Source: Vicinamibacteria bacterium (lineage in GTDB: Bacteria; Acidobacteriota; Vicinamibacteria; Vicinamibacterales; JAENWD01). From it: 64,000 bases of DNA. A model generated the notes under the pieces. The model worked only from the letters and a program-made list of their open reading frames with translations. It was not told the DNA's origin and did not search any database. Made by a program: the position numbers and the translations under genes. Of the stretch, positions 7,768-15,390 are shown piece after piece (position 1 is the first letter of the stretch; the number at the start of each line of letters is the position of its first letter). The stretch spans positions 514,473 through 578,472 of the forward strand of contig CAVUPP010000011.1 of the NCBI GenBank assembly GCA_963743245.1. The letters are read 5' to 3'.

Positions 7768-10700
7768 TCAGTCAAACGCCAGGACGGACGGCAGCGGGCC
7801 CGCGCCGAGTCTCAAGAGCACGTACCCGATCCCCGACAGGCCGTCGAAGAATCCAGGATTGATCACCTGCGGCACGTCAGTCGGATGAACACGGAACTCC
7901 GGCGCGTGTCGAAGCGCCTCGAGCGCCTGTTCACCTGCGGCGGCGTCGAGGTCCGGACGCCCGAGCAGGCTCGACGCACGCCGCAGGATGTCGAAGCGCC
8001 CGAAGCCTCCGCAGCAGACGTGATCGACGCTCTCTGGCTGTGGCCGTGCAGTCGTCTCCAACGCAGCGTTCAGTTCGTCCAGAACGGCGGGCATCTCGGC
8101 CGCGAGCGCAAGCCGCGCGAGCGCAATGCCAGGCGCACCGTGGCACCAGCTGGTCATGAACGCGGGCGAATCCGATTCGCGGCGATAGTCGATCCAGTTC
8201 CCGACGGATGGCACGTACGCAGCGCGCTCGAACTCGACCGCCTTTCGCGCGGCATCGATCAGATGGGCGCCGCCAGTCACCGCGTGCAGGCGAGCCAGCG
8301 CGTACGCGATTCCTGACGCGCCGTGCGAGAAGCCCGCGAGGGGGCGCGACGCGAATGTGCACGGCCAGCCGCCGGTATGCGGACCATCCAGGAGCTGATG
8401 GCTGCAGAGATGGCGCGCGCACGCAGATGCGTGCTCGAGAATCGACGTCAATGGCCGGGCCCGGTGAAGGGCGAGCACGCCGAGAATGGCGCCCGCGGAT
8501 CCGCCGATGACGTCGAACCCGCCATCCGCATCGATGGTGTCCGCAGCCACGGATCCGGCCAGCGCTTCGGCGTCGTCCAGCAGCGACGGCTCCTCCCGCC
8601 ACTCTGCGACTCGACTGAGAGCGTAGAGGATGCCACCGACACCTTCGGCGATCCCGAGCCCGGCACGGCGGACGAATTGCCGCGTGGCGTCTCGGTCGCG
8701 CAGCGTCTCACGAAGCGGCTGGAGTGCTCGGTCCATCGTCTCGCGATACCGGCCGTGCCCCGTCACCCGATCGCAGGCGGCCAGGAACAGCGCCACACCA
8801 GTCCGTCCGCCATAGAGACCGTCCGTCACGGGCTGCAACTGATAGCGGCCGATCTGAGGCAGATGCGTGAAGCCTTTCCAGCTCAGACTGCCGTCCGGAT
8901 TGTCGATAGCCTTGGACGCAATCCTGTCCGCTATCGCGAGCGCCGCTTCCGTGAATACCAGGCACGAGTGTGCGGACGCGGCCTGCATGGCAGCGACGTT
9001 CGCGAAAGCACCCCGATCACCACTCGGACCCACAATCTGTGAGGTTTCGAAATGGGACTCACCACGCGCGCGCCAGGCGTGCACGCTTGCTTCGATGAGC
9101 CGCACCTGCAGCTCGAGGCCTGCCTCGCTCATCGATTCCAACTGCGCGGCGACCTGGTCGTATCCGCTTCGCTCGAAGAAGCGTGGCACGACGACCTCGC
9201 CGTCGCAGCAGAGACTCGTGCCGGCTGCGATGGCGTCGAACCGCGGAAAATCGCCGCGTTCGAGCACGTCGCGCTCCGCCCGGATGACCGGCCAGCTATC
9301 TGCGTCGCTGTCGTTCAGGTAGCCGCGCCAGACGCGCTCGAGCTCGATGCTGCGATCGCAGCCGTTCCGCAGATACTCGGGCGTCAGAACGTGGCGCAGC
9401 ATGTGGCCGTAGTGTTCGGTACGGCGGAACACATACCGAATGGACTGACGGCTGAAAGCGGCGAGTGGACCGCCTTCTGCCAGCAGCGCCGGCCGATGTC
9501 GGACGATGAGCCGGTAGATTTCGCGAAAGCCGTCAACCAGTTCGCCAAGGTAGTCCGCGGGCGAAAGGGCCGTCCCGTCGAGCATGGCAGCGTTCGCCTG
9601 CGAGGGAAGGGCGACAGGCTCGTAATACACGTCCACATCGTCGGTATTGACGTCCTTCCAGCGCGCCACGGGCGCAGGTGTCTCCTGGGGACCGATGCCT
9701 CCGAGCGCGCTGATGTCGCACGGTGTCGTTGCCTGGGGCGCTTCCCAGTGAGGCAGCATGCCGACTCGAACCACCGAGTCCCAGAACGCCTGGTCAGAGA
9801 CGGGACGATCGCGCTCCGGGACCATCACTGTCTCCAGATCGATGAGGACAGGATGCTCTCCCGCGGCGACGACGTTCTCGTAATGACAGTCGGTGCCCAA
9901 CACCACGTGCAGGAGCGCGAGCAGCATGCCTGCACGCCTGTAGAATCGAGACGCCTTCGCCGCATCCGCACAAGGCCGCGGGTCGATCCATCGCACCCAA
10001 CCGTGATCGCCGCAGGTGAGTGTGGCGGCAGCATCGAGGGCCACTGACAGTCCCTGCTGATTGCACCAGTCAACGAGCTCTGCGAAGGCCCGATCGATCT
10101 CGACCGGACGTGGCTTGTAGGCCAGCACGAGCCCGTTTGCGAATGTCACCCTCATCACCGACCGGCCGCGCTGGTGCGGATCCGAGAGCCCCACGCGTAG
10201 ACCGACGACGCCGCCAGGCGACGCGCCCGGCGTGAGATCGAAGGCCGTCGCGATGGCAGGTGCATCGTCTCGAAGGGCGGACTGGAACTCCACACAGTGC
10301 TCGACCCAACCCTCGACGAGCGTTGACGTGAGCCGGCCGAGCACGGGGTACGACTCGAAGAACGGCAGCAGATCCGCAGACAGCAGTTGCGTGATGAACG
10401 CGTCGTAGTGATGGTGGCGGCCCCGGCCCGTTGCACCTACGAGCGTGTTCAGCAAGCTGTGCCCAGCCGGCCGGAACGACGAGAACTCCGCCAGCAGACT
10501 GAGCGCGCAGGTTTGCGCGAGACGATCGAGCAGTCCGATTTCGAGCGAACGGTACGCCTCGTCGCTCAGGCATCCGCGCGGTAGCTCGTTCCACAGCGAC
10601 TGTGGACTTCCGAGCGCGCGATGCAGGCGCCGTCTGGCCCCGAAGACGATCGGATGCAGCGCATCCTCGAACGGGCGCGGACGTTCGAGGTTCCGGCAGA

Positions 10701-11028
10701 TGATGCCGGGAGGGTGTTGCCGATACTCAGCGGTCGAGTCCAACAGATCGACGAGCACATCCAGCCATGGCGGCGACGGCGCGGGAGCATCCCCGTGCGC
10801 CAAGACGCCGCGCACGCGTAACTCTGTCAACCCGTCGATCGTCAATCGTCGAAGGAACAGATCCTGGTCGGCGCCCGCCACGACGCGCTGCCAGCGTGCG
10901 ACACGCGCATCGCTCTCCTCGCTCGCCGCAGTGAGTGGTTCCGTTGTGTCTTGGTGGAGCGCGAGACGTTCCCAGAGGGAGAGCGATCGGTCGGCGATTC
11001 GCCGCACGCGAGCCGTTGCCGCGCTCAT
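7768..11028 (-). CDS. lanM: class II lanthipeptide synthetase LanM, ProcM-like (three-Cys zinc site)
   Basis: 1086 aa. The C-terminal LanC-like cyclase carries GFSHGASGIAYAL, SWCHGAPGIALARL and VDHVCCGGFGRFDIL (CCG instead of the usual CHG). The ~650-aa N-terminal region has the size of a LanM dehydratase domain. Its ATG overlaps the upstream ORF stop (ATGA). Confidence 0.95.
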   Translation of the reverse strand: MSAATARVRRIADRSLSLWERLALHQDTTEPLTAASEESDARVARWQRVVAGADQDLFLRRLTIDGLTELRVRGVLAHGDAPAPSPPWLDVLVDLLDSTAEYRQHPPGIICRNLERPRPFEDALHPIVFGARRRLHRALGSPQSLWNELPRGCLSDEAYRSLEIGLLDRLAQTCALSLLAEFSSFRPAGHSLLNTLVGATGRGRHHHYDAFITQLLSADLLPFFESYPVLGRLTSTLVEGWVEHCVEFQSALRDDAPAIATAFDLTPGASPGGVVGLRVGLSDPHQRGRSVMRVTFANGLVLAYKPRPVEIDRAFAELVDWCNQQGLSVALDAAATLTCGDHGWVRWIDPRPCADAAKASRFYRRAGMLLALLHVVLGTDCHYENVVAAGEHPVLIDLETVMVPERDRPVSDQAFWDSVVRVGMLPHWEAPQATTPCDISALGGIGPQETPAPVARWKDVNTDDVDVYYEPVALPSQANAAMLDGTALSPADYLGELVDGFREIYRLIVRHRPALLAEGGPLAAFSRQSIRYVFRRTEHYGHMLRHVLTPEYLRNGCDRSIELERVWRGYLNDSDADSWPVIRAERDVLERGDFPRFDAIAAGTSLCCDGEVVVPRFFERSGYDQVAAQLESMSEAGLELQVRLIEASVHAWRARGESHFETSQIVGPSGDRGAFANVAAMQAASAHSCLVFTEAALAIADRIASKAIDNPDGSLSWKGFTHLPQIGRYQLQPVTDGLYGGRTGVALFLAACDRVTGHGRYRETMDRALQPLRETLRDRDATRQFVRRAGLGIAEGVGGILYALSRVAEWREEPSLLDDAEALAGSVAADTIDADGGFDVIGGSAGAILGVLALHRARPLTSILEHASACARHLCSHQLLDGPHTGGWPCTFASRPLAGFSHGASGIAYALARLHAVTGGAHLIDAARKAVEFERAAYVPSVGNWIDYRRESDSPAFMTSWCHGAPGIALARLALAAEMPAVLDELNAALETTARPQPESVDHVCCGGFGRFDILRRASSLLGRPDLDAAAGEQALEALRHAPEFRVHPTDVPQVINPGFFDGLSGIGYVLLRLGAGPLPSVLAFD

Positions 11029-12080
11029 TGTTGGCCGGTGATCGGATCGTTCGAGAACCAGTTGTGCCCGAAGCCGAGGTAGACCTTGACCTCGGGACCA
11101 TGGTCCGGATGGTAGGCGAGCTTGATGTGATTGATGGTACGCCAGACCATACTCGTAGCTCTGCCGCGAAACAGCAGATCACCGAGCGCAAGGTTGCCGG
11201 CCCATGCGCCGCCGGCGCGGCTTTCAGGTGTGAAGCCCGGCCAGGTGAGCAGGGAGTGTGCCTTCTCACGGCTTGCGAGGCCGCGCTCGGCGAGCAGATC
11301 GAACAGCGCCCGCCAGCGCGGCAGATTGTCGGTTTCGCGCCGCACGTAGAACTCCACACCGACCTTGTCACGAACGCAGGTGTCGACGTCAAGGTCCAGC
11401 AGGACCTCTGAATCCGCGATTTCCGCAATCGCTTCGACCAGCGGCACCAGCGTGCCTGCGGGATCGTGCCAGCCGATCGCATCGAGGTACGGCGCCACCA
11501 ACGTCACCGGGAACCGATCGAGGACGAGCCGGGTGGCGCTTCCGGGCCGCCCTGGCATCAACCCCATGTGCGCAAAGCGCGCTCCCGGCGGCAGTGCCAG
11601 CGCGCACCGCTCCAGCACGCCGCAAGGCAGGCGTGCGCGATAGCCGTCGAGTTCACCAGCGTCCGCAATCGCGGCGATATCGCACGCGTCAAGAGGCTGG
11701 TCGGTGTGAAGCTCGAGAAACAGGATCGGCGTCGGCGCCGCAGGCGGCGGGTTATCGAGATCGAACTCGAGGAAGATCAATCTGACGCGCGAATGAAGCG
11801 GATTGGATGGGTCCGCGACGGCGTCGCAGACTCGCCGGACTGTGCGCCACGCCGGATGCACCAGAAGCGCCGGCGAAAATTCAGGATTCGAATAGGGTAG
11901 ACGGACGAAGAAATCGACGTTGAGCTCGTCGTCGTGCAGCCGCACTTCGAGGCCGGCCAGCGAGCACGGAGGCAGCTGTCGGGCTAGTGTCCGGATGCGA
12001 GTCAGCGCACCCGGCGTCGCGATCGCCGCAGGCAGGTGCGGTGCGACGAGGGCCACGTAGCCCTCCATGGAGATGTCCAT
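11025..12080 (-). CDS. uncharacterised 351-aa protein translationally coupled to LanM; candidate tailoring enzyme with a possible PT-barrel/ABBA-like fold
   Basis: Intact ORF with AGGTGA 7 nt before the ATG and an ATGA overlap with lanM. No rSAM CxxxCxxC, P-loop, GxSxG, SAM-MTase, LanB/C/D/P/I or TM motifs. There are ten strand-like segments in five pairs: GLEVRLH/NVDFFVRL, RVRLIFLEFDL/PILFLELH, RFAHMGLMP/TRLVLDRF, EVLLDLDV/KVGVEFYVRR, HIKLAY/EVKVYLGF. The pairs are separated by amphipathic helical stretches. Confidence 0.85.
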   Translation of the reverse strand: MDISMEGYVALVAPHLPAAIATPGALTRIRTLARQLPPCSLAGLEVRLHDDELNVDFFVRLPYSNPEFSPALLVHPAWRTVRRVCDAVADPSNPLHSRVRLIFLEFDLDNPPPAAPTPILFLELHTDQPLDACDIAAIADAGELDGYRARLPCGVLERCALALPPGARFAHMGLMPGRPGSATRLVLDRFPVTLVAPYLDAIGWHDPAGTLVPLVEAIAEIADSEVLLDLDVDTCVRDKVGVEFYVRRETDNLPRWRALFDLLAERGLASREKAHSLLTWPGFTPESRAGGAWAGNLALGDLLFRGRATSMVWRTINHIKLAYHPDHGPEVKVYLGFGHNWFSNDPITGQQ

Positions 12081-12107
12081 CGATTGTCACCTGCCCGGTG
12101 AGTGCTG

Positions 12108-12135
12108 TCCGCGACCGGGGCAACCCGGTCGCGGA
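12108..12135 (-). promoter_or_regulatory. GC-rich stem-loop between the precursor genes and the modification genes (attenuator or mRNA-stability element)
   Basis: Perfect 12-bp inverted repeat TCCGCGACCGGG-(4 nt)-CCCGGTCGCGGA inside the 76-nt gap between the lanA1 stop (12157) and the 351-aa ORF start (12080). No U-tract follows it. Confidence 0.6.
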
Positions 12136-12156
12136 ACAGACCACGAATCTCCGGCG

Positions 12157-12342
12157 TCAGCAGCAGCCAAACAGCGTCGTCCACGCGCCGGTGCAGCCGT
12201 CGCTGGTCGCCTGCTTCGGTCGGCCACCCGCCACCTGCGCGAGCTGTGCATCGCTCAGCTCTTCGATTAAGTTCTTCTTGTTCTGCATCAACACGACGTT
12301 CACGTCGTCGGCGCTGAAGTGGTAGTCGTCCACGACCCTCAC
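12157..12342 (-). CDS. lanA: lanthipeptide precursor A1 (5'-truncated Nif11-type leader, GG cleavage motif)
   Basis: 61 aa: MRVVDDYHFSADDVNVVLMQNKKNLIEELSDAQLAQVAGG | RPKQATSDGCTGAWTTLFGCC. The core has 3 Cys and 5 Ser/Thr. GTG start; the weak SD makes the exact start uncertain. Confidence 0.85.
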   Translation of the reverse strand: MRVVDDYHFSADDVNVVLMQNKKNLIEELSDAQLAQVAGGRPKQATSDGCTGAWTTLFGCC

Positions 12343-12379
12343 ACCTCGATCGCGGACGACAACCGTTTGCGCGTCGAGT

Positions 12380-12677
12380 TCAGCAGGCGCCGAAGAGCGT
12401 CGTCCATGCGCTACCGCAGCCGTCCTTGGTCGCTGGCGGACGGCCGCCCGCGACCTGGGCGAGCTGGGCCTCGCTCAGTTCGCCGAGCGGATTCCTCTTG
12501 TTCTGCATCAGGACCGACGTCCACATCGTCTGCGGTGAACTGGTAGCCGTTGTCCTTGCCCACGCGGATGACCGACTGCGTAAAGGCGTTCTGATCCGTG
12601 ATGTTCTTGAGCTGGTCCTGCAGCTTCGCGTCACCCATGACCTTCGCCAGAAACTGATTGAGATTGGCCTGACTCAT
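12380..12677 (-). CDS. lanA: lanthipeptide precursor A2 with a full Nif11 leader; frame-interrupted by one extra nucleotide as assembled
   Basis: Frame 1 (12677 -> ~12515) reads MSQANLNQFLAKVMGDAKLQDQLKNITDQNAFTQSVIRVGKDNGYQFTADDVDV. The homologous continuation VLMQNKRNPLGELSEAQLAQVAGG | RPPATKDGCGSAWTTLFGAC* is in the next frame and stops at 12380. The span is 298 nt, so removing one G gives 297 nt = 98 aa + stop. GGAGGA lies upstream of the ATG. Confidence 0.85.
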
Positions 12678-12736
12678 GTTTTTCTCGTCCTCCGAAGCTC
12701 TAGTGTCCGATCCCGGTCGTTCGTAACGCGTCCGTC

Positions 12737-13273
12737 CTACTGCGCACCCCAGGGCCGCCGCTGCATCTCCGAGAACCTGAGCCCGGCCATGGATACATTC
12801 GCCATGAGATGCGGCGCGAGTTCATCCACGTCTTCCACGTTTTCATCGAGTTGCAGGCGTGGCGTACCGAGGTGACTCGTCGTTGTCCGGAGCCGATCGG
12901 CAAGGAACACGGCCAGCGCTCGATAGAAGCGCGCGGCGAATCCCACGTCGTCTCGCAGCTTTGCGGAGAGCGTCGCCCGGGGAATCGCGCCGACTTTTGA
13001 CTCGACTTCGGCGCGCACGCTCGCCACCGGTGGCCGAGCATCCACGAACGAGATCTCGCCCACGACGTCGCCTGCCTTGAGGACCGCAATCCTCGGCGCA
13101 GCTGGCGTGTGGACAACGAGCGCCCCGTCCAGCACGAAGTAGAGCCACTCGGTGGCCTTGCCCTGTTCGATGAGCTGATCCCCGGGGGCAAGCGTCATCT
13201 TCCGGCCGCTCCGGATCATCCACTCGAGGTCCCGGTCGTCGAGGATGCCGAGGAAATACAGTGCTCGTCTCAC
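12737..13273 (-). CDS. cyclic-nucleotide-binding domain protein (bacteriocin-transport-associated type)
   Basis: ORF 12737..13678 trimmed to GTG 13273, with GAGGA 6 nt upstream, 14 nt after the ABC stop. 178 aa. cNMP-binding beta-roll ..GDQLIEQGKATEWLYFVLDGALVV..KAGDVVGEISFVDARPPVASVRA.. Confidence 0.85.
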   Translation of the reverse strand: MRRALYFLGILDDRDLEWMIRSGRKMTLAPGDQLIEQGKATEWLYFVLDGALVVHTPAAPRIAVLKAGDVVGEISFVDARPPVASVRAEVESKVGAIPRATLSAKLRDDVGFAARFYRALAVFLADRLRTTTSHLGTPRLQLDENVEDVDELAPHLMANVSMAGLRFSEMQRRPWGAQ

Positions 13274-13287
13274 GATGTGTCCTCGCG

Positions 13288-15390
13288 TCAGGCGGTCTGT
13301 CTGCGGGCCAGGTCCGCAAACGGTCCTTCCTGTCGCATCAAATCCTGATACGTGCCTTGCTGGACGATCACGCCTCGGTCGAGGACGTAGATGTAGTCTG
13401 CATGAACGATCGTGCTGAGCCTGTGGGCGATGACGACCCGCGTGGCCTTCAGGCTCTCGAGGCTGTGACTGACGAGTGCCTGTGTCTCGTTGTCGAGTGC
13501 GCTCGTCGCCTCGTCGAACAGCAGCAGCGACGGCTTTCTGACAATCGCACGGGCGATCAGGACACGCTGCCGCTGACCACCCGACAAGCCGCTGCCGCCT
13601 TCGCCGAGCAGTGTGTGCATGCCCATGGGCATGTTCTCGATGTCGCGTTCGAGGCCCGCCATTTTTGCCGCGGTCCACGCGTCGTCCAGCGTCAGATAGG
13701 CGCTCGCTCCCGCGATGTTCTTGTAGAGCGAGTCGGCGAGAAGCCGTCCGCTTTGCAGCACTACGCCGATTTGCCGGCGTACGGCTTTGATATCGAGCGC
13801 TGACTGACTCCGGCCGTCGTACTTGACCTCGCCGGAGTCGGGCGCCTCGAATCCCATCAGCAGCCGGAAGAGCGTGGATTTGCCGCTGCCAGAGGGTCCG
13901 ACGATGGCGACGAACCTGCCGGCCGGGATATGCATCGTGATATCGCGCAGCACGAGCGGCGCGCCGGGGGCGTAGCGGAAGTTGACGTTCAAGACGTCGA
14001 TCGCACCGGTCAGGACGCCGGGGTCGGGCCTGCCGACGTCAACTTCCGGCACCGCTGAAAGGATGGGCTGCGCCCGTTCATACAGCGGGACGAGTGCCAG
14101 CAATCTGACTACCGCCGATCCGAGACCGAGCGCAGCCATCTGGAACTGCGCAAACGCGACATTGAAGGCGACGAATCCCCCAGTTGAGAGCTGGCTCTCT
14201 CCATGCGCGTTCAGCAGCCGCACGGTTGCCCAATAGACGACGGCAGCGCTGAGCACGGGCGCCACCGACGTGAACACCGCGTACGCGATCGACACCCGCC
14301 GCGCCCGCGCCGCGATCTGCTTCTTCCTGCTGAAGGCTGACGCCCACGCGGTAAACGCGCGCTCCTCGGCGGCCGCCACGCGCAGCTTCGAGATCCCGTT
14401 CACGAATTGCAGGAGCATCCCCGAGAGACGGCCCCCGATCGCGATCGTTTCGCGCTCCAAGCCGACCTGCACGTATCCGGTGAAGACCGTCACCAGCACC
14501 ATCACGAGGGCGAAGCACGCCGCCAGGAAGGCCAGGATGCCGCTGTAATAAAAGAGCAGCCCGAACGTGAAGATCGAAAAGACGCCTGCGAGCACGGTGG
14601 AGATGGCCGCTCCGGTCAGGACTTGACGCATCGCCGTAATGCTCAGACTTCTCGTCGCAAGGTCACCCGCCGCATAACGCCGGAAAAACGGTACCGGCAG
14701 TGCCAGCAGGCGATCCCACACCGCGGGCTGCAGCGAGGCGTCGATCTTGCCCTCCAGCCGTCGAACCGCAAAGCTCTGAGCCACCTGGAACATCGACGCG
14801 CCCACTGCCGCCACGGCCATCAATACAGTCAAGACGCGTACCTGGCCAGTGTCGGCACGTGGGATGACCGCATCGAAGAGAATGCCGGTCAAGACTGGCA
14901 GCGCCGTGGCCAGCGCACCGGCTGCGAGCCCCGTCATGGCGACGGTCGCGAGATCGCGCCCCAATCCCCTGAGACCGAACCGGAGCAGGTCGAGCCCTGT
15001 GACCGCCCGGGGCGGAAGGGGCCGATAGAAGCACCACGCAAACGGCTGGAGTGATGCCGCAACCGATTCAGTGAGCGGCGTGTGGCTGCCGGTCAGCGGA
15101 TCGTACAGGCGGTAGCGGCGGGGCGATACGGGCAGCAGCGCAACCGGGTTGCCATTGCTCTCGCGGCGGCCAATCATCGGGCCGACGTCTTCACTCCACC
15201 ACCCCTCCCTGAGTGCCACGACCCGTGTCCTGACGCCCGACGCCGACGCGATCGCCACGAGCGGATCGGCGCCGCCAGTCCTTGCCGGATCGGTGTTCGC
15301 CCGGAACTCGATCCCCGCCCGGCGTCCGACCTCGCGGCATGCCAGCAGCCACGGATCGCCGACGGCCGTCTCGGGCGATGTCGTGGACAT
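13288..15390 (-). CDS. ABC exporter (permease + ATPase), NHLM-bacteriocin type without a catalytic peptidase Cys
   Basis: ORF 13288..15936 trimmed to ATG 15390 (MSTTSPETAVGDPW..), which overlaps the upstream stop by 1 nt. 700 aa with a ~150-aa N-terminal extension and 6 TM. Walker A GPSGSGKST, signature LSGGQRQR, Walker B LLLFDEATSALD. Confidence 0.9.
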   Translation of the reverse strand: MSTTSPETAVGDPWLLACREVGRRAGIEFRANTDPARTGGADPLVAIASASGVRTRVVALREGWWSEDVGPMIGRRESNGNPVALLPVSPRRYRLYDPLTGSHTPLTESVAASLQPFAWCFYRPLPPRAVTGLDLLRFGLRGLGRDLATVAMTGLAAGALATALPVLTGILFDAVIPRADTGQVRVLTVLMAVAAVGASMFQVAQSFAVRRLEGKIDASLQPAVWDRLLALPVPFFRRYAAGDLATRSLSITAMRQVLTGAAISTVLAGVFSIFTFGLLFYYSGILAFLAACFALVMVLVTVFTGYVQVGLERETIAIGGRLSGMLLQFVNGISKLRVAAAEERAFTAWASAFSRKKQIAARARRVSIAYAVFTSVAPVLSAAVVYWATVRLLNAHGESQLSTGGFVAFNVAFAQFQMAALGLGSAVVRLLALVPLYERAQPILSAVPEVDVGRPDPGVLTGAIDVLNVNFRYAPGAPLVLRDITMHIPAGRFVAIVGPSGSGKSTLFRLLMGFEAPDSGEVKYDGRSQSALDIKAVRRQIGVVLQSGRLLADSLYKNIAGASAYLTLDDAWTAAKMAGLERDIENMPMGMHTLLGEGGSGLSGGQRQRVLIARAIVRKPSLLLFDEATSALDNETQALVSHSLESLKATRVVIAHRLSTIVHADYIYVLDRGVIVQQGTYQDLMRQEGPFADLARRQTA

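Noticed and set aside
12380-12677. Programmed ribosomal frameshift in lanA2
   Set aside because: There is no slippery heptamer or downstream pseudoknot at the shift site. The paralogue A1 has the same text without the extra G, and the window contains dozens of similar single-base breaks. An assembly indel or a simple mutation is far more likely.
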